From NCBI GenBank assembly GCA_964023285.1, contig CAXIEN010000093.1, positions 2,375,739 to 2,439,738 on the forward strand: DNA of 64,000 bases, read 5' to 3'. A program made the translations under genes and the position numbers. Under the pieces are notes generated by a model. The model was not told the origin of the DNA. It did no database searches and saw only the letters and a program-made list of their open reading frames with translations. Below, piece by piece: positions 25,870-38,287 of this stretch (positions are counted from its first letter, which is position 1; each line of letters opens with the position of its first letter). The DNA is from Larinioides sclopetarius. Taxonomy: Eukaryota.

Positions 25870-27001
25870 AAAGTCACAAATCTGGAATCGTCAGGACTTC
25901 AGCAATTCCAGGATGTGGGATAATTTGGGATCTTGGATCATTTCGATAATAAGAAATGAATTTACCATCAAAAAACATATCTTCTATTTAATTTTTTTAA
26001 ACTTATTTTTTACTTGGCTTTTTATTTTTTAAATATAATTAATTTTATTTCTTACTCTTTTCAATGTTTTTGCAAAAGATTTAATTTAAAGTGAGTTATT
26101 TCATCAGTTTTGGCTTTTGATTAGGTTACTTTTGAGTGTATTCTCATTATGTCTGGTTCCAAAATAGTCTTTTCTCAAATCCTTTTATTGCTGTGTTCAA
26201 TACTTCCTCTAAGATGTTAATTGGCATTTTATCTTCCACTTGTGTTTCTTTTTTCGCTCTTTTCACTATCGGATACAGAGGTTTTCGAGTTTATCAACAT
26301 CATTCTGTGTTGGCAGCATTGTTGGGGCTTTATAATTGCAATGCAGTACATCAGCTTTGGCAATTTCTTGTCTTCTCGACTTAACTTTCTCTAGTAAGTC
26401 AAAAATTTCAGCCTTTTCTTTTGAGATCTGAAATCCTTTGGAATCAGTATCCATCCTTTCTTCGTCTTTATCGAATATGGTTGCCGGCCAAAAATTGTGT
26501 CAAACATTTTTCATCACCGTGTTTCTAATCCTGTTCCATGCTTTATCTGCCCTCCAGTCTTTGAATTGTCTCCCCTTTATTGAAAAAACTGAGCATTTCT
26601 TTAAGGAATTGTGGTTTTTAATGGTACTTTAATACCTGCCTTCTATATTCTATTCGTTTTGGGAAAATTTACGTTATCATTCAGTACAGAAGGGGAGCGT
26701 GAGTTGCGTGTGCATCTGATTTGTAAACATTTCTTACATTCTTGGACTAGTTTGTTTGGTGCTAGAAAGGAGAAAGTATTGTATCGTGATTTGTTACAAT
26801 AGACCCCCTCCTCATAATACCTTCGTTGTAGGCGTGGTTAATTCCTTTCCCTCTTCTGTTGGTTATAGCCGTTTCTTCTTACTCTGGGTGGTGATTAATT
26901 ATGTAAAAATAAGATTTTTTTCTCCGAAAGTTTACAAGAATGAAAAACTTCCGATTTTTGTAGCGTTCAGGATTTTGGACATCTGGATTTGCAATGTTGG
27001 A

Positions 27002-27003
<2 letters not shown>
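25870..27003 (+). mobile_element. Family-4, copy 2, inserted into composite element X. It is followed by a (TA)n microsatellite.
   Basis: Same structure as copy 1. It is flanked by the two halves of element X (25710..25860 and 27040..27690), which are contiguous in the other copy at 32450..33000. Confidence 0.55.

Positions 27004-27032
<29 letters not shown>
27004..27032. repeat. (TA)n microsatellite of about 14 units.
   Basis: tatatatatatatatatatatatatata, directly after family-4 copy 2. Confidence 0.9.
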
Positions 27033-27036
<4 letters not shown>

Positions 27037-30000
27037 CATATGTATATGGAATATCCAACTTAAAGGGGTGATGAAAATGACAGGGTGTGAAAAGAAAAAT
27101 TTTCACACCCAGTCATTCCACCCACTTGTTGGGAGGCTCTCATCATTTGATTTCCATTTGTTTTCACTCTTTTAGCTCTAATCCTTAAGAGAACAGAGGA
27201 GGTAATGTTCTTTTTCTTATATCAGCAGGCTGAATGCTTTACCCATGTTATCTTGAGAACATGATAACTTGAGTAACTTTGAATAGATTGCAGCAGGCAA
27301 GAGATATGTTGTAAGGACAATAAAAATCTCGGTCGATTACGTAGATTGGCTATCCAGCTCAAAAGGGTGAAAATAGTGGAGGGGATGAAAGTTTTCATTT
27401 TCTCACAATTTTTTAAAACTGAAAATAGAAAGAAAATTAAAATCCAGGCGAATTAGCACCTTATCATAATATGAACAACTTGTCCTTTTAAACTTTCTCA
27501 ATAGTTGCAATTGTTTAGAAGTTCTGACCTGAAATGTAATTCCTCTACCCTCTTCAAATTAAAATTGTTTTTCAACCTATGTATATAACACCTTGTTTTT
27601 AAGCTTTCGTTTTTTGCAGTCTCTTGCATTTTCTTTAATTCATGTAGTTCCAACCCTAATGAAAATAGAAATGAATTTTTTTAATCTTCTTTACTTAATA
27701 TAATAAAACTATTAAAAATAGAAAAAACATAAAGCATGGATTTGTAGGGAATTTTATGCTGTTTAATTTCCTGATTACAGTCAAACGTTACAAATACGGT
27801 CATCCAAAATCCAGAATGATCTCAAATTTTTATTCCGTAAATCCCCTAAAAAATTCTAACTTTTGTCTAACAAATCGGCATTAGAGACTGCAGAAAATGA
27901 TAGTAATCACCAGGGAAGGTAAAGGATTTTACTATGTTGTACAACAATATGCGACGAAAGTATTGAGGAGTATTGTAAAGCATCGTAAGATTACAATACC
28001 TTCTATTCCCTAGCATACAAAATGGCTTAGTCCAGTCTGTAAGGGATGTTAACAAATAAGATGTGCATACAATTTCTTCTTTCTTTCTAGCTCACAAAGA
28101 GGATATTCCCATAATGAATGGAATATTTTAGAATTTTATGGTTGTCCTAAATTCTGAACTATCCCTTGCAAATGTTGAATTGCTCTTATCTGAGTCGATA
28201 TATTTTTTCTTGATAAAAGATTCCCACATTTTATTTAACTTTTCAATTTATATTTTAAAATCTTTTCTGGTTTGTACCTTTCATTGTCCAGTATGCCAAA
28301 ACATGCTTTGACCTGCTGCAGGCAGTGGATCAAAAAGAAAACAGGTGATTCTGTGAATCAAGGACAAGTCAAATCTTATCCAAAATTTGGAAAATCTTTG
28401 AACCAACTCACTTTAAATTAAATGTTTTATAAAAATGTTAAATTTAATAAGAAATAATATTAATTATGTTTATAAATAAAAAACAAGTAATAAAATAAGT
28501 TTTTAAAAATTAAATTGAATTCTCTATATTTTATGATGTTGAATTCATTTCTTAATATCGAAATGATCTAAGATTCGGAATTATCCAGAATCACCGAAGT
28601 TTCACTGATGCAGGATTTGTGATGTTCGACTGTATATTAAATTTGCAGAGTAAATATTTTTCTATATATTAAATGAATTTAAAAGGGACATGAAGTTCAG
28701 AATGTTAGTAAGCAGTGAGACTCAGTTATGTTGGAAACTATTAAATCTGGAAGAAAAATAAAAGCATATGTTTGTAGGAAATTTCACCCTTTTTAATTTG
28801 TTAAATAAATTATAATTTGGAAACTTAGTGATATTTGATATATTCAAGAAAAAAAAAGGAGTACCAGAACCTTGTACTTAAAGTAAGTTCATCAAAAGCC
28901 CCCTCACAAACTGTTTTTATAATTTCAAAACTATATTATTATTTTTTTTTTACAAATTCTTAATTTACTGGACTTTTAATGACTTTTTTTCTGCTTCCTC
29001 TTTCTTCAACCATAAACATCACTGTATAATGAAGTACTAGAATAGTTATCCTGCAGGGGAAGATAACTGTAATGTGCCTACCTATCTGGAAACCTGGAAA
29101 AGTTGGGGAACTTTTTGGGTCTGGAAATGTCATTGAATTTTTTGGTAAATACCTAACAAAACTTATAAAATGAAGAAATTCAATTAAAATTTTTTTATTT
29201 TCCTTTTTTCTCTTAAAAATTTGTTTAAAAATTCCACTGAAATTATTATTATTATTATTTTTTACAACTTGAAAGACTGCTAGAAGAAAGTTTGGTTAAG
29301 CCATTTCTCCATACCACTTTTTGTGCACTACAACACATTCTATTCAGGCTTTCCATAGCTTGGGAAAACTCCCCTAAGTCATAATCTATATTGTTCTCCC
29401 TTTTTTCCTTGCAGCAACAACTTGACAGTATGGAAGAGTTGCTTCTTTAAATGACAGTGAGAAACTGTTTAGTTTATATTTACCTATTGTAGATAAACTG
29501 CTTCTTAGAAAAGGAAAAACTAGTGTGCATAGTATATTGGTTCAATTTTTGCATACAAAGTTATTCTTCGAGTATTGCTATAATGGTTGTTAATTTGTTT
29601 TTGTATGTCTGATATAAATGGAATCTGTTTTGGTAAAATATTTTGCTTTCTTTAATTATTTTTTAACAAATAAGTTATAGCTTAGGATATAATGTTTGTT
29701 TTATATAAGCCATATTATTTTCCCTATATTACTTGAACTAAATACTTTTTCGTTGTAATATCATATATTTCCATATCTTAAATGATTTGCTTGGGATCGA
29801 AATTTCATTTTCTTAGGTCTCTTATATTTTAAAACATATTTAATTTTACTCTGGTATAGCTTTATTTGAAAAAGATATTTTCTGATTGAAAATATCTTTC
29901 TTTCAGGGTGATGGCAAAACCGGGAAATTGGGAATTTCAGGGAAATCAGGGAATTTTATAGATCTGAAAAGTCAGGAAAATTCATAAAACCATATAAAAA

Positions 30001-31605
30001 TCGGAGGGGGAAGGGGAATGCAGATAAGAGCATTTGTGCCATGTGCTTGATCAATGATTTATTTTAGGTGTTATAGGCAAACATTACTTATTTGTTACTT
30101 GAATTATTATCTATTAAATTACTATCTTATATCTAGCATTATTTGTAATAATATAGGGAATGAAAAAAACTTATATTCACTTATAAAATCTCTAGGTTTT
30201 GATTAGAACATTAGGTTTTGATTGTATAAAGAATAAAATTTTCAAGTGATATTTTAGCAATTTCTCTAATAAAATGTGTTAAAAAATCTATTATTAGGTA
30301 CGTATAATTACTGTTTTTATATTTATGCTTGAACCTGTTTTTTAAGTACTCATGCAAAAAAAATCATAATAACCTTTACAGTGAACTTAACTCCTTAAAT
30401 GTGTTGCAAAAGGTAGTTTTTATGTTTCGTAGAATTTTCTTATGCAGTTTTAGAAACAAAGTATTTTTTACATAAAAGAAATATAATATACTGTTTTATT
30501 AATATCCTTTAGGCTGATAAATCTGTTTTATAAAAATTAAATTTGATAAAAAATAGATTTTTTTTTTCAAATTAAATAACTAGTTAGTGTTTTTAATGTA
30601 TTTGTGCATATTCAGTGATTAAAAATAGGGGGAAAGTTGGGAAACTAATTTAATCAGTAGCTGTAAATCAGGGAAATGTTCAGTTAGTCGGGGAAATTTT
30701 TAAAAAAAATTTCTGTAGTCACCTGTTTTTTTCTCTAAAAGAGTTTAGAATCCTAGCTAGTGCATGGATGTGTGTTATAGTTTGGGATTGAAGTTGTAAA
30801 TCCCAACCATTACTCCCTGTGTGCACAAAATTATTTTTTAAGGTATTCAACCGACCAATAATCTTTTGAGGCCAACTGCACACATAATGCTACAAGAAAT
30901 CAATATCCCTGCATGACAGCAAAGGATTAAAAAAATATGCGTGGAAATTCTATGTTTTTAGTCTGGAAAACCTAGCGAATTCAGGGAAGTTTGATTTTTT
31001 TTTAGTAGACACACTGTAACTGGTAGTCCAACTTATTGGTAATTTGCTAATTTTAAGAAATGTTGAAAAAGGTTTACAGTTATTTATATATTTTATCTCA
31101 TAAAAGTTATTTAATTTTTGGCAATGACAGTTTACATTATCATTTTTATGTTTGGCAAGCTAAAAAAAACATCCTTTATTTTACTATAGGGGACATTGTG
31201 TGAATGCAGAAAAATATATTAAAATTTAAAAAAAATTGCATATTTAAAATTTACAAATATACACATTTTGAACTTTTCAATAAAAACTATATGCAGTATT
31301 ATAAAACAGAAAACATATGCTTAAAAAATAAGTGGGGTTTAAGTCTACATATGTGTGCATATACAAAAGTGCTGAATTTTTACTACAATTTGTTGCTACG
31401 CACCCTGAGAGAAATCAGGGAGGGGAGAGCCCTCTCTCTAAGATGCAGAAACCCCTTGTCTGGTAAAGAACCACGTGCGGCAGCCAGTCTGGCAGGGAAA
31501 AAAAGTAGAGAGATATCAAAGTAGCGATAGTGCAATTTGGAGCATTTACAAAATACTTGTCTAAATCTGTTAACTTGAGTGAATTGAATAAAAAACAGTT
31601 GTGGG

Positions 31606-31672
31606 TCTGGCGGTAAGATTCTTGTCTTGTGCACGAGACGTTCTGGGTTCAAATGGAGTAAAACGGTGAAAT
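31606..31672 (+). other. tRNA-derived fragment. The D-arm and anticodon arm are intact (apparent anticodon TGT). The T-arm and acceptor stem do not pair, so this is a pseudo-tRNA or a SINE head.
   Basis: In gtggGTCTGGCGGTAAGATtCTTGTCTTGTGCACGAGacgttctgggTTCAAATgga, a D-stem GTCT/AGAT and an anticodon stem CTTGT/ACGAG fold around a 7-nt loop CTTGTGC. A TTCAAAT T-loop motif is present, but its flanks are not complementary. The fragment lies in a GC-rich block at 31390..31700. Confidence 0.25.
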
Positions 31673-32449
31673 CTTCAATGCCCATTTTAAGACTGGGTAA
31701 ATTCTTTTAATTTTTTTTGTAAATGTGAGATGTTTTTATTGAAATACTTTGCTTTTCTATCTAATTTGTGTAACAGGGCTACCACCTGATTCTTTCAAAA
31801 GCTTTTAGACTGATTTTTCTGTATCCTTCATTTCGTTATTTTATCAAATATTAATTTGTTTTTGAATGGCCTTTTCTATTTGATCTTCATTATGAAATAA
31901 AAGGAATTAAAATGCAACCTATCTTCCAATGTACTTGGTTCTAGTTAAGTTTTATTTATTTTATTCTCGAAAACTCATATTAGCCATGTTTGTAATATTC
32001 TCTTTTCCCCAATTAATTCCTTTCTTTCTTTGAAAAAAGCAAATTAATTTGAAATCAAAACATGCTTCAGTATTTCTTTATATTACATGGAGTTTAAGCT
32101 TTTCTTTTGTCCTATGTTAAGTGAATTATAATAATTTTGAAATTGATTCAGTTCGGAAATATTATCTCTTATTTTATTGAACACATTTGAGCTCATTTCT
32201 TTCAAGCTCTTTTTTTTAGCATTAAACCTCATTTCTCCAGAGGAAAGAATATTTTTTGAAATGACTGAATGATTAGTTCTTATGTAATTTTTTTGCTAAG
32301 TTTCTTTTATTTTAGTGTGTCAAATTTATTTCATGATATAAAAGTTTATTTTCACAATATTGTGTTATGTGGATACCTTGGAACAAAATATCATGAATAA
32401 TTATAGCATTCTTTTATTATAATTTGTAACTGAAATAAAATGAAAGTTG

Positions 32450-33000
32450 TGTTTTAGGTAGATTCCTTATAGGAAAACCTACCTTTTACAATGGTTCCCT
32501 TCAATCGGCTACCGGAAAATTTTTGCCGATCTTCAGTGATCAATGACTTCCAGAACCCCAAACTACCCTTTGTTAAAAATTTTTAAAAATAATAGGTAAC
32601 GCTTTTTCCCTAGCTTTCTTGTGAACATGATAATTCGAGTATTTTTCATTTAAATTTAGCCAGCCTTGGATATGAAGAAAGGACAGTGAAAATCTCGGTC
32701 AAGTTCATAGATGGGTCATCCAGCCTAAAGGGGTGGAAATGGGGGATTGGCATTTTTATTTTCCCATAATTCATTTACAATTGAAAATTGGAAGAAAATT
32801 AAAATTAGGTGTATTAGCTTTTTATCGTAACAAACAATTTTTGTATTTAAACTTTTTCTCTAGTTACAGTTGTTTGGAAGTTATGAGTTAAAATGTGATT
32901 TTCCCTCCCCCATAGCTTAAAATTCCTTTCAACCTACACATGTTACCTTCCTTGGAAAGCTATTGTCATTTGCAGTCTTTTCCATTTATTTTCATTCTTG
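32450..33000 (+). repeat. Composite repeat X, contiguous copy. A tandem partial second copy follows at 33040..33380.
   Basis: 32460..32570 matches 25715..25830 (gtagattccttataggaaaa(c/t)ctacct...). 32590..33000 matches 27170..27690 (..cttgtgaacatgataattcgagta.., ..gtgaaaatctcggtc.., ..ttgcaattgtttagaagtt..). A short fragment also occurs at 41690..41840. Confidence 0.5.
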
Positions 33001-33574
33001 CAGCCCTAAGAAAATAGAAGCAATGTTCCTTTCCTGATATTAACAGGTCAAAAGTTTTGCTCATGATATCTTAAAAACACAATAACTTGAGTAACTATGA
33101 TTAAATTGTAGCTGACAATCTAATCAAAGGATATGTTGTAAGGACAGTGAAAATCTCGATGGAGTTCATAGATGGGCTATCCAGCTCAAAAGGAGTGGAA
33201 ATGGCGGGTGGGTGAAAGTTTTAATATTCTCATTATTCCTTTATAACTGAAAATAGAGAAAATTCAAATCAAACGAATTAATGCTTTATCATAACGTACA
33301 ACTATTCCCTTTAAACTTTCTCAACAGTTGCAATTGTTTAGAAGTTATGATCAGGGTTTGCACCGTCCTTACAAGTCCTTACTTTTACATATATTAATTG
33401 AAAGTCCCTGAAAATCCTTATTTTTTTAATCTGCCATTATTAAAAAATGTAAACTTATCGTTATTCTAATTCCTCCTTGGATGACAAAGTTTGTGTGGAA
33501 TAGGGGAAGAGAGGTAAGACCTGGCTCACATTCTAGGAATCCATCATAGGCGAAATTGTATTGTTTTAGGCCCA

Positions 33575-35670
33575 TTGCACACACCACGATTTGTGTTGGA
33601 CGGTTTTGAACATTGACTTTTGTCATCTATACATTCCTTGCACATAGCATGATTCGTATTGTCCGACACGAATCAATTTGATTTGTGTTGGATGAATTCA
33701 CACTGCATGAACATGTCTGAAGCTGACAAAATTATATAACTTCCGATTACGAGTTCATTTTATGCTAAATACTGAACTATTATAAAGTGTAAATAAAATA
33801 TACATAATATAAATTTTTCAAACAAATATTATCTATGTTTCCATTTTAAAAAAAACTAGAATATTTTATCAGATAGTTTAGCAGCTTCCTTTTTATTTTC
33901 ATGTTAAGATTTTTTCCTGTTAAAGATGAGTTAAAAATATTTCATATACTAAAAATGTTGCCGAAATTTAGGAAATTAATTTGAATTAAACAAGAAGTTT
34001 TTAATTAGAACATGGGAATTAAGAAAACGATCTGACAAATTCGAGAGTATAGATTTAACTTTTATGCATTTATACAAATGTTATATGCATTTTACTAACT
34101 GATAAAAACAATACATAATTTATAAGTAGTAAATTAATTTTCATGTTATGAATTAGAAGTGCTGATACTGGTATATTAAAAATTACGATTCTTGGACTTA
34201 ATAACTTTATTCGTTGAATTTAATATTTGGAAATAGTTCAGTTGTTGAGAGTCACAACTTTACAAATTTTACAATCCATTGGAAAACTGAGGCATATCAT
34301 TTACTTACTATAAAATAGTATTTGACTTAACAATAATATTTTAAATAAATCCTACCTTAGAGTTAAAAAAATTTGCATAATTGTCTAGTATATGAGAAGT
34401 ATGAAAGATAAGATGAATACAAAGACACAAGGTCGACAGATGTTTTACATTTGGTTAGATGAAAATGAATTTCGGGAGTTTGTAAAATAATTTAGGTTAT
34501 TGTGATGTTAACAAAGTTTTCAATAACAACATGAAAAATAAAAATAAAAAATTTATAATAAAAATATTTGTAATTAAAATTAAACTAAATATAAATTGCA
34601 ACTAAACAAAAAAATATTACATGAATTTTTTAAGTGAAAATAATGAAAAATGTTTTCTAGCAGTATTTTTGTTCATTGCACAGCAAAAATATTGTTGTCA
34701 AAGCAAATAATCGTTTAGTTTTCCATTTTCTGCTATTAAATTTTATCAAAGTGTTTCCTATTTTATTTCTGATTGTTGTTAAGACAGAGAAAAAATATCT
34801 GATTTTCTGCGAAAAAAGATTCTCATGGTTGGCAGACAGCTTAAAAATTGATTCAGAAATACAACCAAATTATAATGTGATAATATTAAAAATTCTTGTG
34901 ATGATAATCCAACTTTGTGGAAAGCAATCGTTTCTACATTTGAAGTAAAAGGAATTTTTCTTTATTACAGTAATATAAATTAAAACTTAAGGAGAAACCA
35001 ATATAAACAGCAAATTTTTATTTATTTCTAAGGCTATTGGAGATGAAAGTTGTTTTGAGATTTATTCGGATTTAAAAACAAATTTTGTTACATGAAAAAA
35101 TTCATTAGAAATTTATATTAAATCAATAACTTTAAACTATTGCAATTATTGAACTAAGATTTCTTAAGCTTAAAAAAAATGAAATGCATGTGAAGTCCTT
35201 AACATTATTTTAAAATTAGAAAACCGGACTTGATCAAATGTGAAAGAAAAAACACATACACATGTATATTTATTCAGAGACCCCCCTAATTGTTCCATGA
35301 CTTGGTCTTTTAACAAGATTAATCCGCCACTAGGAAACATCATTTTTAAATAACCCTAAAGAACTTCTCTGTGCACAGGTAATTTTTTAAAATTTAATGT
35401 TACTAATTTTATTTTTTCGCTACATGAGCGTAGTTGGACGACTGAAAACGTGTGTGTGCAAGTGCCAAAAGAATAACATATGCCCCTGGAAAACCCCGCA
35501 GCTCACGATCATTGAAATCTGTCGAGGCTATTCACGACTTTGGGACGATTTTTTGTCGTAGTCGTTACGTGTGCAAACGCCAACTGTTCTCTATACACTA
35601 CTAATGGAATGTTGTCTGTAGTCGGTGGTCACTATCGTCCGACACGAATCGTGGTGTATGCAAAGGACCT
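33575..35670. mobile_element. Candidate TIR element of about 2.1 kb with roughly 31-bp imperfect inverted ends.
   Basis: The segment 33578 cattgcacacaccacgatttgtgttggacgg matches the reverse complement of 35636..35666 (ctttgcatacaccacgattcgtgtcggacga) at about 26 of 31 positions. A second subterminal copy lies at 33640 (gcacatagcatgattcgtattgtccgacacgaatc). No TSD was identified. Confidence 0.3.
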
Positions 35671-37745
35671 TGCTCTTCACCTCACACATTCCGCAAACAT
35701 CAATAAATTACACGCTCGACAGAGACCCTATTGAGAGTTGCTTCTTAGACAATACCGCGAAAGAGCAGAAGCCTGTGAAATACTTAATGACGTAAAGTAA
35801 TTACGTGAAAAAGTTTGCCAGTGGCTTATCACCAAGGAAAACAGGAGCCCCCCCCCACGCAATGCAGTCATAAAAATGCGTAATGCTAGAAGCCGCCGGG
35901 AGCACTTGGCACTGGTAGCGAATACGTAGAAAAAGAGTGGTCAGTGGCTTTTGTAAAATCAATACAGACGTATTGGGGGTCTTCCTTGATGATGCCACCC
36001 TAATCGAAATTAGAGGTAGTGTGAGTGATCTCTCATGATGGGAAATTGACCACTGACGGAACCCCAACATCGCTTTTTTCTGAATTCAAGATTGTTAACA
36101 AATTACCGATAGAAAGATTCTAAGCCCCCCCCTTGCCACGGAGCATCATTGTTGTTCAAGAATAAGGGACTTCGTTCTTCAGTGGCAAGATAAGATAAGA
36201 ACTGCCTCATTATAGTGTGAACAATCCAATATTCATTTAGCGCAGTGCAGTGATAAATCTACAGCGAATATATGATGTTGCAGTCATGTTTCTAGTATCT
36301 TTTCTGACTGAAAAAGTTTCTTTGCCTTAAAAAATAATAAAGGGGACGAAAACAGTCGAACAAAACATTGGAGGGCATTCACTTAATAAAAAAATTGAAA
36401 GCATTATTTAGATTGTAGTTCGTTGATAACTTTTTGGAATGAAAAATGTATCATTTGTAGACAAAACCCTGATCGTTTAGATTCCCTTAGAGTGCAAGTG
36501 GAATTCACGCTACTGCAATGTAGATATAGTTTTACATTTACTTGTATCCAGCTAGAATTTTCCTATAAGTTGCACTATGTATTTGGCCTTGCAATTTTGA
36601 AAGAAAATTTACGCTATGTCTTGCAAATGCACAATAAAAAATTATTTACTGCAAACAATCGTGTTTACTGTAATTTTAATAGTATTAACTTCAAATTTTA
36701 ATATAACACTCCTGTAGCACATTGCCAAGTATTCTGTAAGTCTTGCATTATTTTATAGAAAATTTTGCATGTTATAAAGCAAAAAAAAGCATGTTGGAAA
36801 ATTTCAGAGTTTTTAAGCAAATCTTTTTATCCTTCAGAATATTCCTACTATTTTTTACGAATGTATATGTAAGCAGCGTACTTTTTGATCGAAACCATTG
36901 ATGAAGTTTGTAAATCATAATCAGCTTTCTAGCAGCCCAGATTTTTTTTCTTCATCATTAATTTCTATTCGGTTCTGTAAATGTCATTGTAACAGAATCC
37001 TTTCTGATTGAGAGTTAAAGCCTCTTCTTTATATTGTTACAAAACTTCCGTTTGGTGTGTATATGGTGAAGACAGTCAAGCAAGAAGGTAACAGAGAATA
37101 ACACTTTATTCTCGAAAATTTCCGAAAAAACGAGGCGCAGATAATAAGAAAAAGAGCACTTGCACAGAGAAACAGTATAAGCAGATAGCAAATCACTAAA
37201 AATAACAGAAATAGCAGGGGAAAAAACTGTCAGCGTGAAACGGCTGAAAAACTTGCATTGAACTAGTCAACAAAACACTCATAATGGAGCAACGATTACT
37301 CACAATCGAGTAACATTCAACCTTCGCGATCCAAGCGCTGCTTATATGACTTCTCCAGATAGACTGCGATGTCACGAATTACGTCACATAGATTTTTCAT
37401 GAAATTTCTCTATCTCCCCTTCTAACTGAAAAATCGAGAAAATTCCAGCACATTTGAGATCCTAAAAAAGTACCGTCGCCAAGCTCATATGGTCAATAGG
37501 AACATTATTATAGTATTCCAATACCAACTCCTGTAAAACTTTCTTTCCAACGAAAAGAGTTCCACCGTTGGGAAATTACTTTCAATGTTCGTAACAATAT
37601 GATCGGAATTCTAGGAAAATCCTTTCAGGAGATATTTAAAAAAATGTGAAATTCAAAAGTGTTCATATGATTCTTGGCTCCCTCTTATACTTTTGATTAG
37701 TTATATGTATTATATTTGAAAGCCATTATTTTACGATTTGCATTT

Positions 37746-38287
37746 TTACTTTCTTCTTTCTATAAGAAGAAAGTATTGGAATCGCGAAAATTTTCGACCT
37801 CCGTTTTTTGATAGATCTACACGTTTTGGGGGCTCCTGAACACGATTTCACTATTTTTAGAAAATGTCTGTCTGTCCTTCTGTCTGTCTGTGTGGTGTAT
37901 GTAACCGAAATTTTGTGGGCGCGCTAGCGCAAAAACTACTTGACAGAATTTTATGAAATTTGATATTTAGTTGTATTTTAACATAAATTGGTGCTGATTA
38001 GATTTTGGAGTAGATCGCTCAACAGGTGGCGCTGCTATTCCGCTTTTTTCACGTTTTTACATACCCATTCTACATCAAAAACTATTGGAGAAATTTCATG
38101 AAATTTTATATTTAGTTTTGTCTTGACTTAAATTATTGTTGATAAAATTTTTGTGTAGATCGCTCGACAGGTGGCGCTGCTATTACAACTTTTTCATAAT
38201 TTTTTCAATACTTGTTTTTAGTATATCTCGGCTTCAATCATATAATTATATAGAAGAAAGTTTTGTGATGGGCACATCATACTAGTT
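37746..38287 (+). mobile_element. Family-1 repeat, copy c (intact).
   Basis: Same termini and the same two internal subrepeats as copy b. Confidence 0.75.

Noticed and set aside
26756-27175. 139-aa ORF, the second-longest ORF on the plus strand.
   Set aside because: It runs through the end of a transposon and the (TA)n microsatellite (translated as YIYIYIY). It is a chance open frame.
31606-31672. Functional tRNA gene.
   Set aside because: The T-stem (CTGGG/GGAGT) and the acceptor stem (cagttgt/aaaacgg) cannot pair. Only the D and anticodon arms fold. It is kept only as a tRNA-derived relic.
35540-36070. ORFs 35540..35734 (plus) and 35801..36070 (minus) in the GC-rich island.
   Set aside because: Long ORFs are expected by chance in GC-rich sequence. 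They have no recognisable domains, no start context and no splice context.
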